Numbered from the stretch's first letter, positions 1 through 10,653 are shown. The stretch is 64,000 bases of DNA from an uncultured Gemmatimonadales bacterium (GCA_963795085.1 CAWCFX010000006.1:328888-392887), one strand, 5' to 3'. The notes: a model not told the origin generated them from the letters alone. Made by a program: numbers and translations.

Positions 1-1178
1 GAAGGCGCCGGATAAACCAGGAACGACAACTGTGGATTGGTGAGATAATCGAATCCGTTGCTCAGGTTGCTGAAGGCGAACTGGTCGAGGCAGCCGTTGA
101 AACCGGGACACTGGGCATCGGGAATCTGCCGACCCGCCAGTTCTTCGGCGAAGTGGGACAACCCCTCGTTCAGCCAGGTCTGCTCCGCGCTGCCTCCTCG
201 CACCAGCACGTGCTGGTTGAAGCTGATCATGTGCTGCAGTTCGTGCACCAGTACCGGCGGCAGGTTGTCGAAGACAAAGTCCTTGCTGGCGGCGCAGCTG
301 GCCGCGGTGGGGTCCGGCACCAGGCCGTAAAAGACCTCGCCGCCGTTGGAGTTGGGATCGCTGACCAGGTCCAGCCCGAAGAAATAGCCGAGGATGATGG
401 AGCCGTCGCTGCAGGTCCCGCTCAGGTCATTCACCGCGTCGGTCAGCAGCACCACCACCACGCCGTTTCCGTCAAGATCGGATTCCCGGCCGAAGGCGGT
501 CGTGTCAATCTCGTACAAGTTGGGCGAGGGACCGTCGAAAAGTGCCCCCAGCGAATCAATGTCCGCCTGGGTCAGCCCGCCGGCGGGCACCGTGTTGTCG
601 AGATAGATGGCTCCCCGGGGGCCCACGAAACGGGCGGTCGCGGCCACGTTCACGAAGCTGTTGGACCGGCAGTTGACGTCCCCGCAGACCTTGAACGTGT
701 CCTGGGACCCGACCACCGGCGGCAACCGGCGCAGGGCACTGGCGGCGGGGAGGCGGTTCGAGGCGTCGCGGGAGAGTTCCCGCTCCCGCTCCCGCAGTCC
801 GGCATGGAAACTGGCCGCCCGGCTGGCGGGCGCCGCCGGAGAGAAGTCCGGTCCGGCTGCCGGGGGAACCGCCGAGGCGACCGACTGGGTACTGAACGCG
901 AAGGGGCCGGTGACGCCGGTCTGGGTCTCGGATCCGGCCCCGGAATAGGCCACCACCAGGTGCCGGGCCCCACCCCCGCCGGCGGCCGGCAGCCGGATGC
1001 AACCCGCGTTGACCGTGGCGCTTAACACCACGGACTCGCCCGGATTGAGCGAGACCGGGGTGCTGGCAGTGCAGTCCACCCCAGGCTGGATCGGCGAGGG
1101 ACCCGGATCGGAGCAGGCCACAGCGGCCAGCGCAACCAGTGCCAGGGCCGGGGAAAGGCGGCGGCAAAAGGGCTCCAC
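1..1178 (-). CDS. putative secreted zinc metallopeptidase lipoprotein (HExxH; peptidase M30/hyicolysin-like); 3' end cut by window edge
   Basis: Own translation of the minus strand: the frame is open from GTG at 1178 to base 1. It is absent from the ORF track because there is no stop in the window. N-terminus VEPFCRRLSPALALVALAAVAC|S is a lipoprotein signal with lipobox. ...FVFDNLPPVLVHELQHMISFNQH... carries an HExxH zinc site. Composition is realistic, unlike the R/G/P-rich listed ORFs 153..1025(+) and 556..1230(-). Confidence 0.7.
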   Translation of the reverse strand, partial: MEPFCRRLSPALALVALAAVACSDPGPSPIQPGVDCTASTPVSLNPGESVVLSATVNAGCIRLPAAGGGGARHLVVAYSGAGSETQTGVTGPFAFSTQSVASAVPPAAGPDFSPAAPASRAASFHAGLRERERELSRDASNRLPAASALRRLPPVVGSQDTFKVCGDVNCRSNSFVNVAATARFVGPRGAIYLDNTVPAGGLTQADIDSLGALFDGPSPNLYEIDTTAFGRESDLDGNGVVVVLLTDAVNDLSGTCSDGSIILGYFFGLDLVSDPNSNGGEVFYGLVPDPTAASCAASKDFVFDNLPPVLVHELQHMISFNQHVLVRGGSAEQTWLNEGLSHFAEELAGRQIPDAQCPGFNGCLDQFAFSNLSNGFDYLTNPQLSFLVYPAP

Positions 1179-1331
1179 GAATGGCCTCGAATGAAAGGTG
1201 GGGAAACAGCTCTAAAATAAGGCGCCACAACAGCTTTTGACAATTCTACCACCGGCGGATAGCTTCCCACAGAGGAAAGCGGGAACCCTCTCCGATTCCC
1301 CGCGGAATCCCACGGCCATACAGCTTAACGA

Positions 1332-4300
1332 ATGTCTTTCGTCCATCTCCACACCCATAGTGAATTTTCCCTGCTGGACGGAGCCAACCGCATCCCGGAG
1401 CTGGTCAGCCACGTCAAGAAGCTGGGGATGGACAGCCTCGCCGTCACCGATCACGGCAATCTCCACGCCGCCTGGAGCTTCTACGAGGCGGCCCGGGCCC
1501 ACGGCATCCGGCCAATCCTGGGTTTCGAGGCGTACCTGGCCTTTGGGCCACGGACCGCGCAGGCCCGGCCCCAGTGGGCCCCCGCGGCCTACAGCCACCT
1601 GGTGCTGCTGGCCCAGAACCAGGCCGGCTACAAGAACCTGATCCGGCTCTCGTCTATCGGCTTCACCGAGGGGTTTTACCGCCGCCCCCGGATCGACAAG
1701 GACGTGCTGGCCCAGTACTCCGAGGGGATCGTCTGCCTGGCGGCCTGCCTCTCGGGCGAGGTGGCCCTCTGGCTTCGGCAGGGCAAGCTGGACGAGGCGA
1801 AGAAATCCGCCGAGTGGTTTGCCACCACGTTTGGGAAAGACCGGTTCTGGCTCGAGATCCAGAAACACGGGATCCCGGAGGAGGACCTGGTCACCGAGGG
1901 CATGCTGCGGCTGGGCCGGGAACTGGGCATCGGCGTGGTGGCCACCAACGATGCCCATTACCTCCGCCGGGAGGACGCCGAGGCGCATGATGTGCTCCTC
2001 GCCATCGGCACCGGCGCCGACCTGGACGACCCCAAGCGATTCCGGTTTACCGGGCAGGAATCCTACGTCAAGTCGGAAACGGAGATGCGGGAGCTGTTTC
2101 CGGAGCACCTGGAGACGCTGGAAAACACCCAGGCGGTCGCCAACCTCTGCGAGTTCAGCTTCGAGAAGAAGTACTTCCTGCCCCAGTTTCCCCGGCCCAA
2201 GGACTACTCGGACGACGCAACCCTGCTGGCCGATCTCGCCACGGCGGGGACCGAAGTGCGGTACGGCACTCCGCTGCCGGCCCCGGTCCGGGAACGCCTC
2301 GAGTTCGAGCTGGGCGTGATCAACACGGCGGGCTACGCCGGGTATTTCCTGATCGTGCAGGACTTCATCGCGGCGGCGCGGGCCCGCGGCATCCCGGTGG
2401 GGCCGGGCCGCGGTTCCGCCGCCGGCTCGATCGTCGCCTATGCCCTCGGCATCACCAACGTGGACCCGCTGAAGTTCGACCTTCTCTTTGAGCGGTTTCT
2501 CAACCCCGAGCGGGTGTCCATGCCGGATATCGACGTGGACTTCTGCTTCGAGCGGCGGGGCGAGGTCATCGAGTACGTGCGGGAACGCTATGGGCGGGAG
2601 AGCGTCGGCCAGATCATCACCTTCGGGACGTTGAAGGCCCGGGCCGCGCTCAAGGACGTCGCCCGGGTGCTAAAGATCCCGCCCGGGGAAGCCGACAAGA
2701 TCACCAAGCTGATTCCTTCGGGCCCCGCCTACAGCCTCACCATCAGCGAGGCCATGAAAAAGGTGGACGAGCTGCGGGACCTGGCCCGGGAGAACCCGCT
2801 CTACCGCCGGCTGGCTGATCTCGGGTCCCGGATTGAAGGCATCTCCCGGCATGCCTCGGTGCACGCGGCCGGCGTGGTGATCGCCCCGGGCCCCCTTTCC
2901 GATTATGTGCCGGTCTGTACCGCCCCCACCAAGGGCGCCGGGCAGACCGCGGGGGGCGAGGACGCGATCATCACCCAGTACGACATGGTCGCGCTGGAGA
3001 AGGTCGGCATGCTCAAGATGGACATGCTCGGCCTCAAGACGTTGACGGTGATCCACGATGCCGTGCACATGGTCAAGGACCGCCACGGCACCGCGCCGGA
3101 CATGGACGCCCTCGGCGAGTTCGACGATCCCGCGGTCTATGCCCTGCTCCGCCGGGGCCGCACCAGCGGGGTCTTCCAGTTCGAGTCGCCGCTGGCGACC
3201 GAGACGCTCCGCAACATGAAGTGCGACCGTTTCGACGACCTGGTCGCCTCCAACGCGCTGCTGCGGCCGGGCCCGCTCGACACCGGGATGCACCTGGTGT
3301 TCATCAAGCGGAAGCTGGGCCAGGAAGAGGTCCGCTACCCGCACCCCTCGCTCCGGGAAGTGCTGGAGCCGACCTATGGCGTCATCACCTACCAGGAACA
3401 GGTGATGCGGATCGCCAACATCATCGCCGGGTTCTCGCTCGCCGAAGCCGACGTGCTGCGGAAGGCGGTCGGCAAGAAGGACGCGGAGCTGATCAAGAAG
3501 GAACTGGGCAAGTTCGTGGAGCGGGCGGTCGCGCTCAAGATCGACCGGCGGCTGGCCGAGGACCTCGCGGGCCAGATCGAGACCTTCGGCCGCTACGGCT
3601 TCAACAAGTCGCACTCGGTGGCCTACTCGGTCCTGAGCTACCAGACCGCCTGGCTCAAGACCCACCACCCGGCCGAGTTCATGGCGGCGCTGCTCAGCTC
3701 GGAAATCGGCAACACCGACAAGGTGGTCCAGTACATCAACGAGGCCCGGGAACTGGGGCTCGAGGTGCTGCCCCCCAGCGTCAACGAGTCGGGCTTCAAG
3801 TTTACCGTGGTGGGCGAGACCCGGATCCGGTTCGGGCTGGGTGCGGTGCGAAACGTGGGCTGGGGCGCCATCGAATCCATCATCCACGCCCGGCACGAGG
3901 CGCCCTTTACCAGCCTGACCGACTTCGTCGAGCGGATCGACCTGCGACTCTGCAACAAGCGGGTGCTGGAGTCGCTGGTGGCGGCCGGGGCCTGCGACGC
4001 CCTGGGGGGGCACCGGGCCCAGATGGTCGCAGCCCTTGATGCGGTGCTCGCCGAAGCGCAACTTCAGCAGCAGGAACGGGACGCGGGGCAGGCCTCGCTC
4101 TTCGGGGAGGCGCTCCCGGTGGCCCAGTCCCGCGGGGCGGTGCTGCCGGAGATTCCCGACTGGTCCGAGGCCGAGCGGCTGACCCGGGAAAAAGAGGTGA
4201 TCGGCTTCTTCATCTCGGGCCACCCGCTGGAGCGGTTCCGCCACGAGGTCGAGCTGTTCGGCAGCCGGACCACGGCGACCCTGGGCGAATGGAGCGAGCA

Positions 4301-4817
4301 CCAGATCACCGTGGCCGCCGTGGTCACCATGGTGAAGCGGCAGATCTCCAAGAAGACCGGAAAGGAATATGCCCGGCTGGTGGTCGAGGATTTCCACGGC
4401 ACCGCCGAAGCGCTGGTCTTTCCCGACGCCTGGGCCAAGCTCAACCAGGTCATCCGGGAGGATGTCCCGGTGCTGCTCACCGGCGGCTTCAGCCCCCGGG
4501 ACCGGGGCGAGGAGCGGGCGCCGTTCGTGGTCGAGGGGGCCTCCCCGCTGGACCAGCTCAAGGGCTCGGGGGCGATCGGGCTGAGCCTCCGGTGGCGGAC
4601 GCCCGAGGCGCCCCCCTCGGAGCAGGTCCGGGCGGCGGTGGCCCTCTGCAGCAAGCACCCGGGACCGGTCCCGCTCTATATTGAATGGTCTGACGGCAAT
4701 GGCGAATCCCTGCGTCTCCGCTCCCGGCGCGTCCGGGTGGCGGCCGACGATGACCTGCTGCAGGGTCTGCGCGACCTCCTGGGGCCGGTCTCCGTGTCCT
4801 ACGTCAAGGCGGGATAA
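1332..4817 (+). CDS. dnaE: DNA polymerase III alpha subunit
   Basis: 1161 aa. N-terminal PHP domain (MSFVHLHTHSEFSLLDG), then the polymerase core (GRGSAAGS, PDIDVDF) and an OB fold, as in DnaE. Confidence 0.97.
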   Translation: MSFVHLHTHSEFSLLDGANRIPELVSHVKKLGMDSLAVTDHGNLHAAWSFYEAARAHGIRPILGFEAYLAFGPRTAQARPQWAPAAYSHLVLLAQNQAGYKNLIRLSSIGFTEGFYRRPRIDKDVLAQYSEGIVCLAACLSGEVALWLRQGKLDEAKKSAEWFATTFGKDRFWLEIQKHGIPEEDLVTEGMLRLGRELGIGVVATNDAHYLRREDAEAHDVLLAIGTGADLDDPKRFRFTGQESYVKSETEMRELFPEHLETLENTQAVANLCEFSFEKKYFLPQFPRPKDYSDDATLLADLATAGTEVRYGTPLPAPVRERLEFELGVINTAGYAGYFLIVQDFIAAARARGIPVGPGRGSAAGSIVAYALGITNVDPLKFDLLFERFLNPERVSMPDIDVDFCFERRGEVIEYVRERYGRESVGQIITFGTLKARAALKDVARVLKIPPGEADKITKLIPSGPAYSLTISEAMKKVDELRDLARENPLYRRLADLGSRIEGISRHASVHAAGVVIAPGPLSDYVPVCTAPTKGAGQTAGGEDAIITQYDMVALEKVGMLKMDMLGLKTLTVIHDAVHMVKDRHGTAPDMDALGEFDDPAVYALLRRGRTSGVFQFESPLATETLRNMKCDRFDDLVASNALLRPGPLDTGMHLVFIKRKLGQEEVRYPHPSLREVLEPTYGVITYQEQVMRIANIIAGFSLAEADVLRKAVGKKDAELIKKELGKFVERAVALKIDRRLAEDLAGQIETFGRYGFNKSHSVAYSVLSYQTAWLKTHHPAEFMAALLSSEIGNTDKVVQYINEARELGLEVLPPSVNESGFKFTVVGETRIRFGLGAVRNVGWGAIESIIHARHEAPFTSLTDFVERIDLRLCNKRVLESLVAAGACDALGGHRAQMVAALDAVLAEAQLQQQERDAGQASLFGEALPVAQSRGAVLPEIPDWSEAERLTREKEVIGFFISGHPLERFRHEVELFGSRTTATLGEWSEHQITVAAVVTMVKRQISKKTGKEYARLVVEDFHGTAEALVFPDAWAKLNQVIREDVPVLLTGGFSPRDRGEERAPFVVEGASPLDQLKGSGAIGLSLRWRTPEAPPSEQVRAAVALCSKHPGPVPLYIEWSDGNGESLRLRSRRVRVAADDDLLQGLRDLLGPVSVSYVKAG

Positions 4818-4820
4818 CTG

Positions 4821-5783
4821 ATGGCGACTGCGTATACGCTGGAATTCGAGAAGCCCCTCCAGGAACTGGAACGGCAGATCGAAGACCTCAAGCGCATCGG
4901 CACCGAGCGATCCATGGACATCGACGGCGAGCTCGCCGCCCTGCAGACCCGGCTGGAATCGCTACGGGACGAGATCTACCGCAACCTCACGCCAATCCAG
5001 CGGGTGATGGTGGCCCGGCACCCCCGGCGGCCCTACAGCCTGGACTACCTGAGTTCGATCTTCACCGATTTCATCGAACTCCACGGCGACCGGCTCTACC
5101 GCGACGACCCCGCCATCGTCGGCGGCTGGGCCAGGCTGGACGGCGTCTCGGTGATGGTCATCGGCCACCAGAAAGGCCGGGACACCAAGGAGAATCTCAA
5201 GCGCAACTTCGGCATGGCCCACCCCGAGGGCTACCGCAAGGCGCTCCGGCTGATGCACCTGGCGGCCAAGTTCAACGCCCCGATCATCACCCTGATCGAC
5301 ACGCCGGGTGCCTATCCCGGGCTGGGGGCCGAAGAGCGGGGACAGTCCGAAGCGCTGGCCCGGAACATCGTGGAGATGGCGTCCCTGGCCACGCCCTGCG
5401 TGGCGGTCGTCATCGGGGAGGGAGGCTCCGGCGGCGCCCTGGCCCTCGGGGTCGCCGACCGGATCCTGATGCTGGAGAACTCAGTCTATTCGGTGATCTC
5501 CCCCGAGGGCTGCGCCGCCATCCTGTGGAAAGACGCCGCCCAGCGGGAGCGGGCCGCGGACGCGCTCAAGCTGACGGCCGAGGACCTGATCCGCTTCAAG
5601 GTGATCGACGAGATCATCCCGGAGCCGCCCGGCGGCGCCCACCAGGACCCCGAGGCCACCGGCGAAGCGCTGCGCACCGCCCTGATCCGGCACCTCACCG
5701 AGTTGCGCAAGGTCAAGCCGGAAAAGCTGGTGCGCCGGCGGGCCGACAAGTTCGCGGGAATGGGTGCGTTTACGGAGGCGTAG
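4821..5783 (+). CDS. accA: acetyl-CoA carboxylase carboxyltransferase alpha subunit
   Basis: 320 aa; typical AccA sequence (RHPRRPY..., [25 protein letters not shown]). Starts 4 nt after the dnaE stop. Confidence 0.95.
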   Translation: MATAYTLEFEKPLQELERQIEDLKRIGTERSMDIDGELAALQTRLESLRDEIYRNLTPIQRVMVARHPRRPYSLDYLSSIFTDFIELHGDRLYRDDPAIVGGWARLDGVSVMVIGHQKGRDTKENLKRNFGMAHPEGYRKALRLMHLAAKFNAPIITLIDTPGAYPGLGAEERGQSEALARNIVEMASLATPCVAVVIGEGGSGGALALGVADRILMLENSVYSVISPEGCAAILWKDAAQRERAADALKLTAEDLIRFKVIDEIIPEPPGGAHQDPEATGEALRTALIRHLTELRKVKPEKLVRRRADKFAGMGAFTEA

Positions 5784-5822
5784 CCCGGTATCATTCGCCG
5801 ATCGGCGATCAGTCATGGGCGC

Positions 5823-6914
5823 ATGACTGATCCATGCAATTCTGTCATCGTCAAAGCCTACCCCATGCAAACCGTCGAAGTCCGCTTCAAGGGCAACCGC
5901 AAGGCCTTCTTCTCCTGGGAGAACGAAGCCGAGCCGCTGCATCTCGCCGAGCCGGTGATCGTCGAGGCGGAGCGGGGGCTGGACTTTGGCCGGGTCAACA
6001 GCGTGGGGGACACGGCCGAGAAGAAATGCACCAGCTGCGCCACGGGGTGCGGCACCGGCGAGGGCGAGAAGGCTGCCCCGGTCGTGCGGCCGGTGGCCCG
6101 GCGGGCCAGCCAGGAGGAGATCCGTACCGCCAACGAGCTCCGCAAGAGCGAGGAAGAGGTCCGCCGCAAGGTCATCGCCCGGGTGCAGGAGCACCAGCTC
6201 CAGATGAAGGTGAGCGACGCCGAGTGGCAGTGGGACCGCAACAAGCTCACCGTGTACTTCACCGCCGAGAAGCGGGTGGATTTCCGGGCGCTGGTACGAG
6301 ACCTGGCGTCCCAGTTCCGGACCCGGATCGAATTGCGGCAGATCGGGGTGCGGGACGAAGCCGCCCGGCTGACCGGGGTGGGCCGCTGCGGCCGGGAATA
6401 CTGCTGCTCCACCTGGCTGACCGAACTGAGCCCGGTCAACCTGAGCCTGGCCAAGGACCAGCATCTGTCGCTCAACCCGCAGCAGATCAGCGGCGGCTGC
6501 GGGCGCCTGCTCTGCTGCCTCAAATACGAGCACGACTTCTACGTCACCGCCCGGCGCCGGTTCCCCAAGGAAGGAAAGACCCTGACCACCACGGTAGGCC
6601 CCGAGAAGGTGGTCGCGGTGGACATCTTCCGCGAGCGGGTGTTCCTCCGCCATGAAGAACATGGTCCCCGCATCATCACCCTGGTGCAGCTCAAGGAGGA
6701 ACTGGAGAGCGCCGGGAGCGAACCGCTTCCGGTGCTCGATATCCGTCCGGCGCCCTCGACCCCGCGGGAACGGCCAGCAGACGCCGCGCCGCCCGAACCG
6801 GCGCCCCCGGCGGGGGCAGCCCCCCGGCGGCGGCGACGGGGCCGCCGGGGCCGGGGCGGCGGCGGTGGCGGTGGCGGTGGCGGCGCGAACGGTGGCCCCG
6901 CCAGCCAGAACTGA
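5823..6914 (+). CDS. PSP1 domain protein (YaaT/RicT-like) with Pro/Arg/Gly-rich tail
   Basis: PSP1 C-terminal domain pattern (LTVYFTAEKRVDFRALVRDLASQFRTRIELRQIG, CGRLLCCLKYE). An alternative start at ATG 5865 (MQTVEVRFKG) is equally plausible. The tail ends RRRRRGRRGRGGGGGGGGGG. Confidence 0.85.
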   Translation: MTDPCNSVIVKAYPMQTVEVRFKGNRKAFFSWENEAEPLHLAEPVIVEAERGLDFGRVNSVGDTAEKKCTSCATGCGTGEGEKAAPVVRPVARRASQEEIRTANELRKSEEEVRRKVIARVQEHQLQMKVSDAEWQWDRNKLTVYFTAEKRVDFRALVRDLASQFRTRIELRQIGVRDEAARLTGVGRCGREYCCSTWLTELSPVNLSLAKDQHLSLNPQQISGGCGRLLCCLKYEHDFYVTARRRFPKEGKTLTTTVGPEKVVAVDIFRERVFLRHEEHGPRIITLVQLKEELESAGSEPLPVLDIRPAPSTPRERPADAAPPEPAPPAGAAPRRRRRGRRGRGGGGGGGGGGANGGPASQN

Positions 6915-6941
6915 ATTCTCTCCTCCACCGGGATTTCCACG

Positions 6942-8468
6942 TTGCCCAAGTTCTACATCACGACCGCTATCGACTACTCCAACGGCGACCCGCACCTCGG
7001 CCATGCGCTCGAGAAAGTGGGGGCCGACTGCATTGCCCGGTATCGTCGGCTCCGGGGCGACGAAGTGCATTTCGTGATGGGCATGGACGAGCACGGCCAG
7101 AAAGTCGTCAACACCGCGGAGGCCGAAGGGGTCCCGGTTCAGCCCTGGGTGGACCGGTTGTCGGAGCGCTTCGAAGGAACCTGGCGCCGGCTGCACTGCT
7201 CCCCCGACGACTGGATCCGGACCACCGAGCCGCGGCACAGCGCGGCGGTCATCGCCCTGCTGGAGCGGATCATGGCCCGGAGCCCGGACGATATCTTCCT
7301 GGGGGAGTACGAAGGGCTCTACTGCGTCGGCTGCGAGGAGTTCAAGGCGCCGAACCAGATCGTGGACGGCCGCTGCATCGAACATCCCAGCCTCGACCTG
7401 GTTCCCACCCGGGAATCCAACCACTTCTTCCGGCTCAGCCGGTACACGGGGGTGCTGCTGGACCTCATCTCGTCGGGCCGGTTCGTCGTCGAGCCGGAGA
7501 TCCGCCGCAATGAGATTCTCCGGCTGCTGCAGGACGGGCTCACCGATATCTCGATCTCTCGCGTGCGGATTCCCTGGGGCATTCCCTTTCCCGGGGCGCC
7601 GGAGCACACGGTCTATGTCTGGTTCGACGCCCTGATCAACTACCTCTCCGCCGCCGGGTTTCCCGGGGAGGGGTACCAGCGGCTGTGGCCGGCCGACCTT
7701 CACGTCATCGGCAAGGGCATCACCCGGTTCCACTGCGTCATCTGGCCGGCCATGCTGCTGGCGGCCGGGGTCGAGTTGCCGAGGAAAGTCTGGGCCCACG
7801 GCTACGTGCAGTGGGGCGGCAGCAAGGTCTCCAAGACGGCCGGGGTCGCGGTGAGCATCGACGAGGCCGTCGCGCGGCATGGCGCCGATGCGCTCCGCTA
7901 TTTCCTGCTGCGCGAAGTCGGGTTCACCAACGACGGGGACTTTACCTGGGAGCGGTTCGACGAGCGGTACACCGCGGACCTCGCGGACGGCTTGGGCAAC
8001 CTCGCCTCCCGCTCGCTCCAGATGATCGTCAAGTACCGGGAGGGCAAAGTCCCCGGCCGGGGCGAGGCTTCCCGGCTGGACCAGGCGGGGGATGAGTCGG
8101 TCCGGCGCTACGCTCAGGTTATGGATGGGTTGGAGCTCAAGGGCGGGGCGGAGGCGATCGGCGACCTGGTCACGGCCGCCAACCAGTATATCGTTCAGAG
8201 CGCCCCGTGGAATCTGGCGAAAGCTGGCGAAATGCGGGAATTGGACCTGGTCCTGGGGTCCCTGGCCCGCTGCCTGGAACGGCTGGCCATCCTGAGCTAC
8301 CCGTACCTGCCGGAGAAGGCGGCCCAGCTGTGGGCGTCCATGGGCAACCCCGGGCCCCTGGACCAGGTGCGCTGGGCCCGGGTGCAGGCCCCTGCGCCGT
8401 ACGGCCAAGTGGTGCGGAAGCCAGAGAATCTCTTTCCCAAGCCGGCCCCGGCCCAGCCAACTACTTGA
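6942..8468 (+). CDS. metG: methionyl-tRNA synthetase (short form, no C-terminal tRNA-binding domain)
   Basis: TTG start; class I HIGH (DPHLGHA) and KMSKS-like (SKVSKT) motifs; 508 aa. Confidence 0.95.
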   Translation: MPKFYITTAIDYSNGDPHLGHALEKVGADCIARYRRLRGDEVHFVMGMDEHGQKVVNTAEAEGVPVQPWVDRLSERFEGTWRRLHCSPDDWIRTTEPRHSAAVIALLERIMARSPDDIFLGEYEGLYCVGCEEFKAPNQIVDGRCIEHPSLDLVPTRESNHFFRLSRYTGVLLDLISSGRFVVEPEIRRNEILRLLQDGLTDISISRVRIPWGIPFPGAPEHTVYVWFDALINYLSAAGFPGEGYQRLWPADLHVIGKGITRFHCVIWPAMLLAAGVELPRKVWAHGYVQWGGSKVSKTAGVAVSIDEAVARHGADALRYFLLREVGFTNDGDFTWERFDERYTADLADGLGNLASRSLQMIVKYREGKVPGRGEASRLDQAGDESVRRYAQVMDGLELKGGAEAIGDLVTAANQYIVQSAPWNLAKAGEMRELDLVLGSLARCLERLAILSYPYLPEKAAQLWASMGNPGPLDQVRWARVQAPAPYGQVVRKPENLFPKPAPAQPTT

Positions 8469-8678
8469 CAGTCAAATAGTTATACGCGTCATTCCGGCCT
8501 TGACAGGGCCCCGTTCCGCCTGCAATTTGTCCCCGCCTCCTCGGCATTCCCGGATCGTCAACACCGTCCGACCCGCTGGCTGCTTTTCGCGGCGCTGCTT
8601 TTGCCACACTCAGCACCGTTGCCGCCTCTCCGCAGGCCTGTCGCCGGGTCCCATCGCAGCACATGCTAGAGAACGCTT

Positions 8679-9593
8679 ATGACCAAACGCCGCTGGACGT
8701 TCGTCGTTTCTCCCCCAGGCTCGGGGGCCTCGAAGGTTTTCGAGTTCTCGACCCGCGCCCTGAAGGTGGCGGGAGGAGCGACGTTGATCGCCACCCTGGT
8801 GGCGTTGCTGCTGGGCTATTCCACGTTCTCCCGGTCGCTGCACCTGAGCCACGCCAACGCCGTCGAGCGGGAAAATTCCGAACTGAGCACCGAGATCGCC
8901 CGGCTGGGCGGCCGCATCGATTCACTGTCCGATACCCTGGACGCCATTGCCGTCCGGAACAGCCGGATCCGGCTGCTGGCCAATCTGGAGCCGATCGATC
9001 CCCAGGTCCTGATGGCAGGCATCGGCGGCCCGGAACGGCCGGGCCCGGAGGCGCAGACGGCGACCGCCCGTGAAACAGCCCGCGTGAAGGTCGACCTGAA
9101 CGCGCTGGTCCGGCGGGCCAACCTGCTGGCCGCCTCCTTCAAGGAAGCGGGGGACAGCCTCCAGTCGCACCGGGAGCGCCTCGCGGCCACCCCGTCCATC
9201 ATGCCCACCCAGGGCTGGCTCTCCAGCGCTTTCTCCCGGATGCGGGCGCACCCGGTGCTGCACATTTCGCGGCCCCACGAAGGCATCGACGTCAGCGCCC
9301 CGCAGGGCGCTCCCATCGAAGCGCCGGCCAACGGCACGGTGCTCCGCGCCGGCTGGGAAAATGGCTACGGCAATGTCATCGAAATCAACCACGGGTACGG
9401 GGTCGTCACCCGGTTCGCGCACGCCTCGAAACTGCTGGTCGGCCGCGGGCAGCGGGTCACCCGCGGGGAGCGGGTTGCCCTGGTCGGCTCTACCGGCCTG
9501 GCGACCGGCCCCCACCTGCACTACGAAGTGCACGTCAATGGCCGTCCCGTGGATCCCCTGCGCTACGTGCTGCCGGAAGCCATCGTCGACTGA
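8679..9593 (+). CDS. M23 family metallopeptidase (LytM-like)
   Basis: N-terminal TM segment, coiled-coil region, and C-terminal M23 motifs (HEGIDV..., GSTGLATGPHLHYEV). Confidence 0.85.
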   Translation: MTKRRWTFVVSPPGSGASKVFEFSTRALKVAGGATLIATLVALLLGYSTFSRSLHLSHANAVERENSELSTEIARLGGRIDSLSDTLDAIAVRNSRIRLLANLEPIDPQVLMAGIGGPERPGPEAQTATARETARVKVDLNALVRRANLLAASFKEAGDSLQSHRERLAATPSIMPTQGWLSSAFSRMRAHPVLHISRPHEGIDVSAPQGAPIEAPANGTVLRAGWENGYGNVIEINHGYGVVTRFAHASKLLVGRGQRVTRGERVALVGSTGLATGPHLHYEVHVNGRPVDPLRYVLPEAIVD

Positions 9594-10653
9594 CCCCGCG
9601 GCGCGCCCCCGCCAGCCAGCGCAGTTCCTGCCCAACCGCGCGGCCCAGGGCCTTCGTGATGGTCCAGGCCGGCGCGCCTCCGGTAAAGGCCGACGCGATC
9701 GCATAGAGAAACCGGGGGGAAAACCTGGCCCGGTTGCCGATGGCATAGACCGGCGCCCAATGGTCAGGCTGAAACTTGGCCTTGAACGCGTCCAGCCCGT
9801 CGAAGTCATAGAACCGGCGTCCATGCGCCCGCACCCATCCGAACACGCCTTCCATCCACCACTCTGACGGCACCGCCGGCAACACGGCGCGACGGGACAA
9901 CGGCGCGAGTCCCAGCGTGACATACCCGGCTCCGTCCACCACCATCCGGCTGGCCGCCGCTTCGATCAGGCTCTCCGACACTCCGTTCGGGGCGCCGGGC
10001 GCTCGGACCACCTGCTCGATGAGCCATCCCCGACGCGCCGGCACCGGGCTCGCCACCAGGAATCCGAGCACCGTGTCTCCCCGTTCTGCCACGAAGACCA
10101 TTCGGTCTTCCGGGTGCGAAAGGGTCTCGGGCTCCACGAGGAAATGCAGCGCGGGGAGGCCCCGGGTGCCCAGCCATCCCCGGAGAACCGCCTGGAGGCG
10201 AGGATTGTCCCGGACCAGGCCTGAGGGCCAGCAGGCGATCCGGATCCCCTTGTTCCGGGCCCGATGCAGCTGCGCCCGGAGGGACGCGTGCCGGTGGATG
10301 TAGCCGGCCAGGTTGGCCGGTTCCCAGGCCGGCTGGCCGCCGAGGACCACGGTGCAATGATGGGGCAGGAGCGCGCTCAGCTGCTGCAGCCGCTCCTCCG
10401 CGCCGAAGTAGCACACCAGGTCCCCGTGGTCCCGGGCCACCCCTTCGAACTCGGCCACGACATCCGCCAGCCGTTCGGGCCGCGCCACCGGCGCCCCGGC
10501 CACCACCCGCACCCCGGCGTGGCGCACGTACCCCACCAACGCATCACCCCGGGACGCGAACCAGTGCGCGATCCCGGGGTTGATGATCTGATACGCCGTG
10601 CTGTTCCACCCATGCTGAAGGATCAGGCCGCGGGCCCGTTCCGCCGAACTCAC
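9535..10653 (-). CDS. DUF2156 protein (stand-alone MprF C-terminal aminoacyl-phosphatidylglycerol synthase-like domain)
   Basis: 372 aa; the opening (LILQHGWNSTAYQIINPGIAHWF) and overall length fit DUF2156. There is no TM flippase part. The 3' end converges on and overlaps the M23 gene by 59 nt. Confidence 0.72.
   Translation of the reverse strand: MSSAERARGLILQHGWNSTAYQIINPGIAHWFASRGDALVGYVRHAGVRVVAGAPVARPERLADVVAEFEGVARDHGDLVCYFGAEERLQQLSALLPHHCTVVLGGQPAWEPANLAGYIHRHASLRAQLHRARNKGIRIACWPSGLVRDNPRLQAVLRGWLGTRGLPALHFLVEPETLSHPEDRMVFVAERGDTVLGFLVASPVPARRGWLIEQVVRAPGAPNGVSESLIEAAASRMVVDGAGYVTLGLAPLSRRAVLPAVPSEWWMEGVFGWVRAHGRRFYDFDGLDAFKAKFQPDHWAPVYAIGNRARFSPRFLYAIASAFTGGAPAWTITKALGRAVGQELRWLAGARRGVSRRWLPAARSAGDPRDGH

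Noticed and set aside
6840-6900. (GGC/GGT)n tract at the end of the PSP1 gene as another intergenic-type array.
   Set aside because: It is in frame and encodes the poly-Gly/Arg tail of the protein (period 3). It differs in kind from the 7-14-nt intergenic arrays.
5481-8408. 975-aa minus-strand ORF spanning accA, the PSP1 gene and metG. The same class includes 2670..4658(-), 21693..23459(+), 33069..36848(+), 38274..40370(-), 52163..54997(+), 57800..59257(+), 43803..45179(-) and 61780..62832(-).
   Set aside because: They lie antisense to genes with unmistakable conserved motifs (MetRS, DnaE, AtpA, kinase, ClC, CopA). Their translations are Arg/Gly/Pro/His-rich with no recognisable domains. This is the classic pattern of stop-poor shadow frames in very GC-rich DNA.
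8465-8475. TTGAC-A-GTCAA palindrome at the metG stop codon as a regulator site or terminator.
   Set aside because: The arms are only 5 bp with a 1-nt loop, there is no T tract, and it overlaps the stop codon. This is too weak to call.
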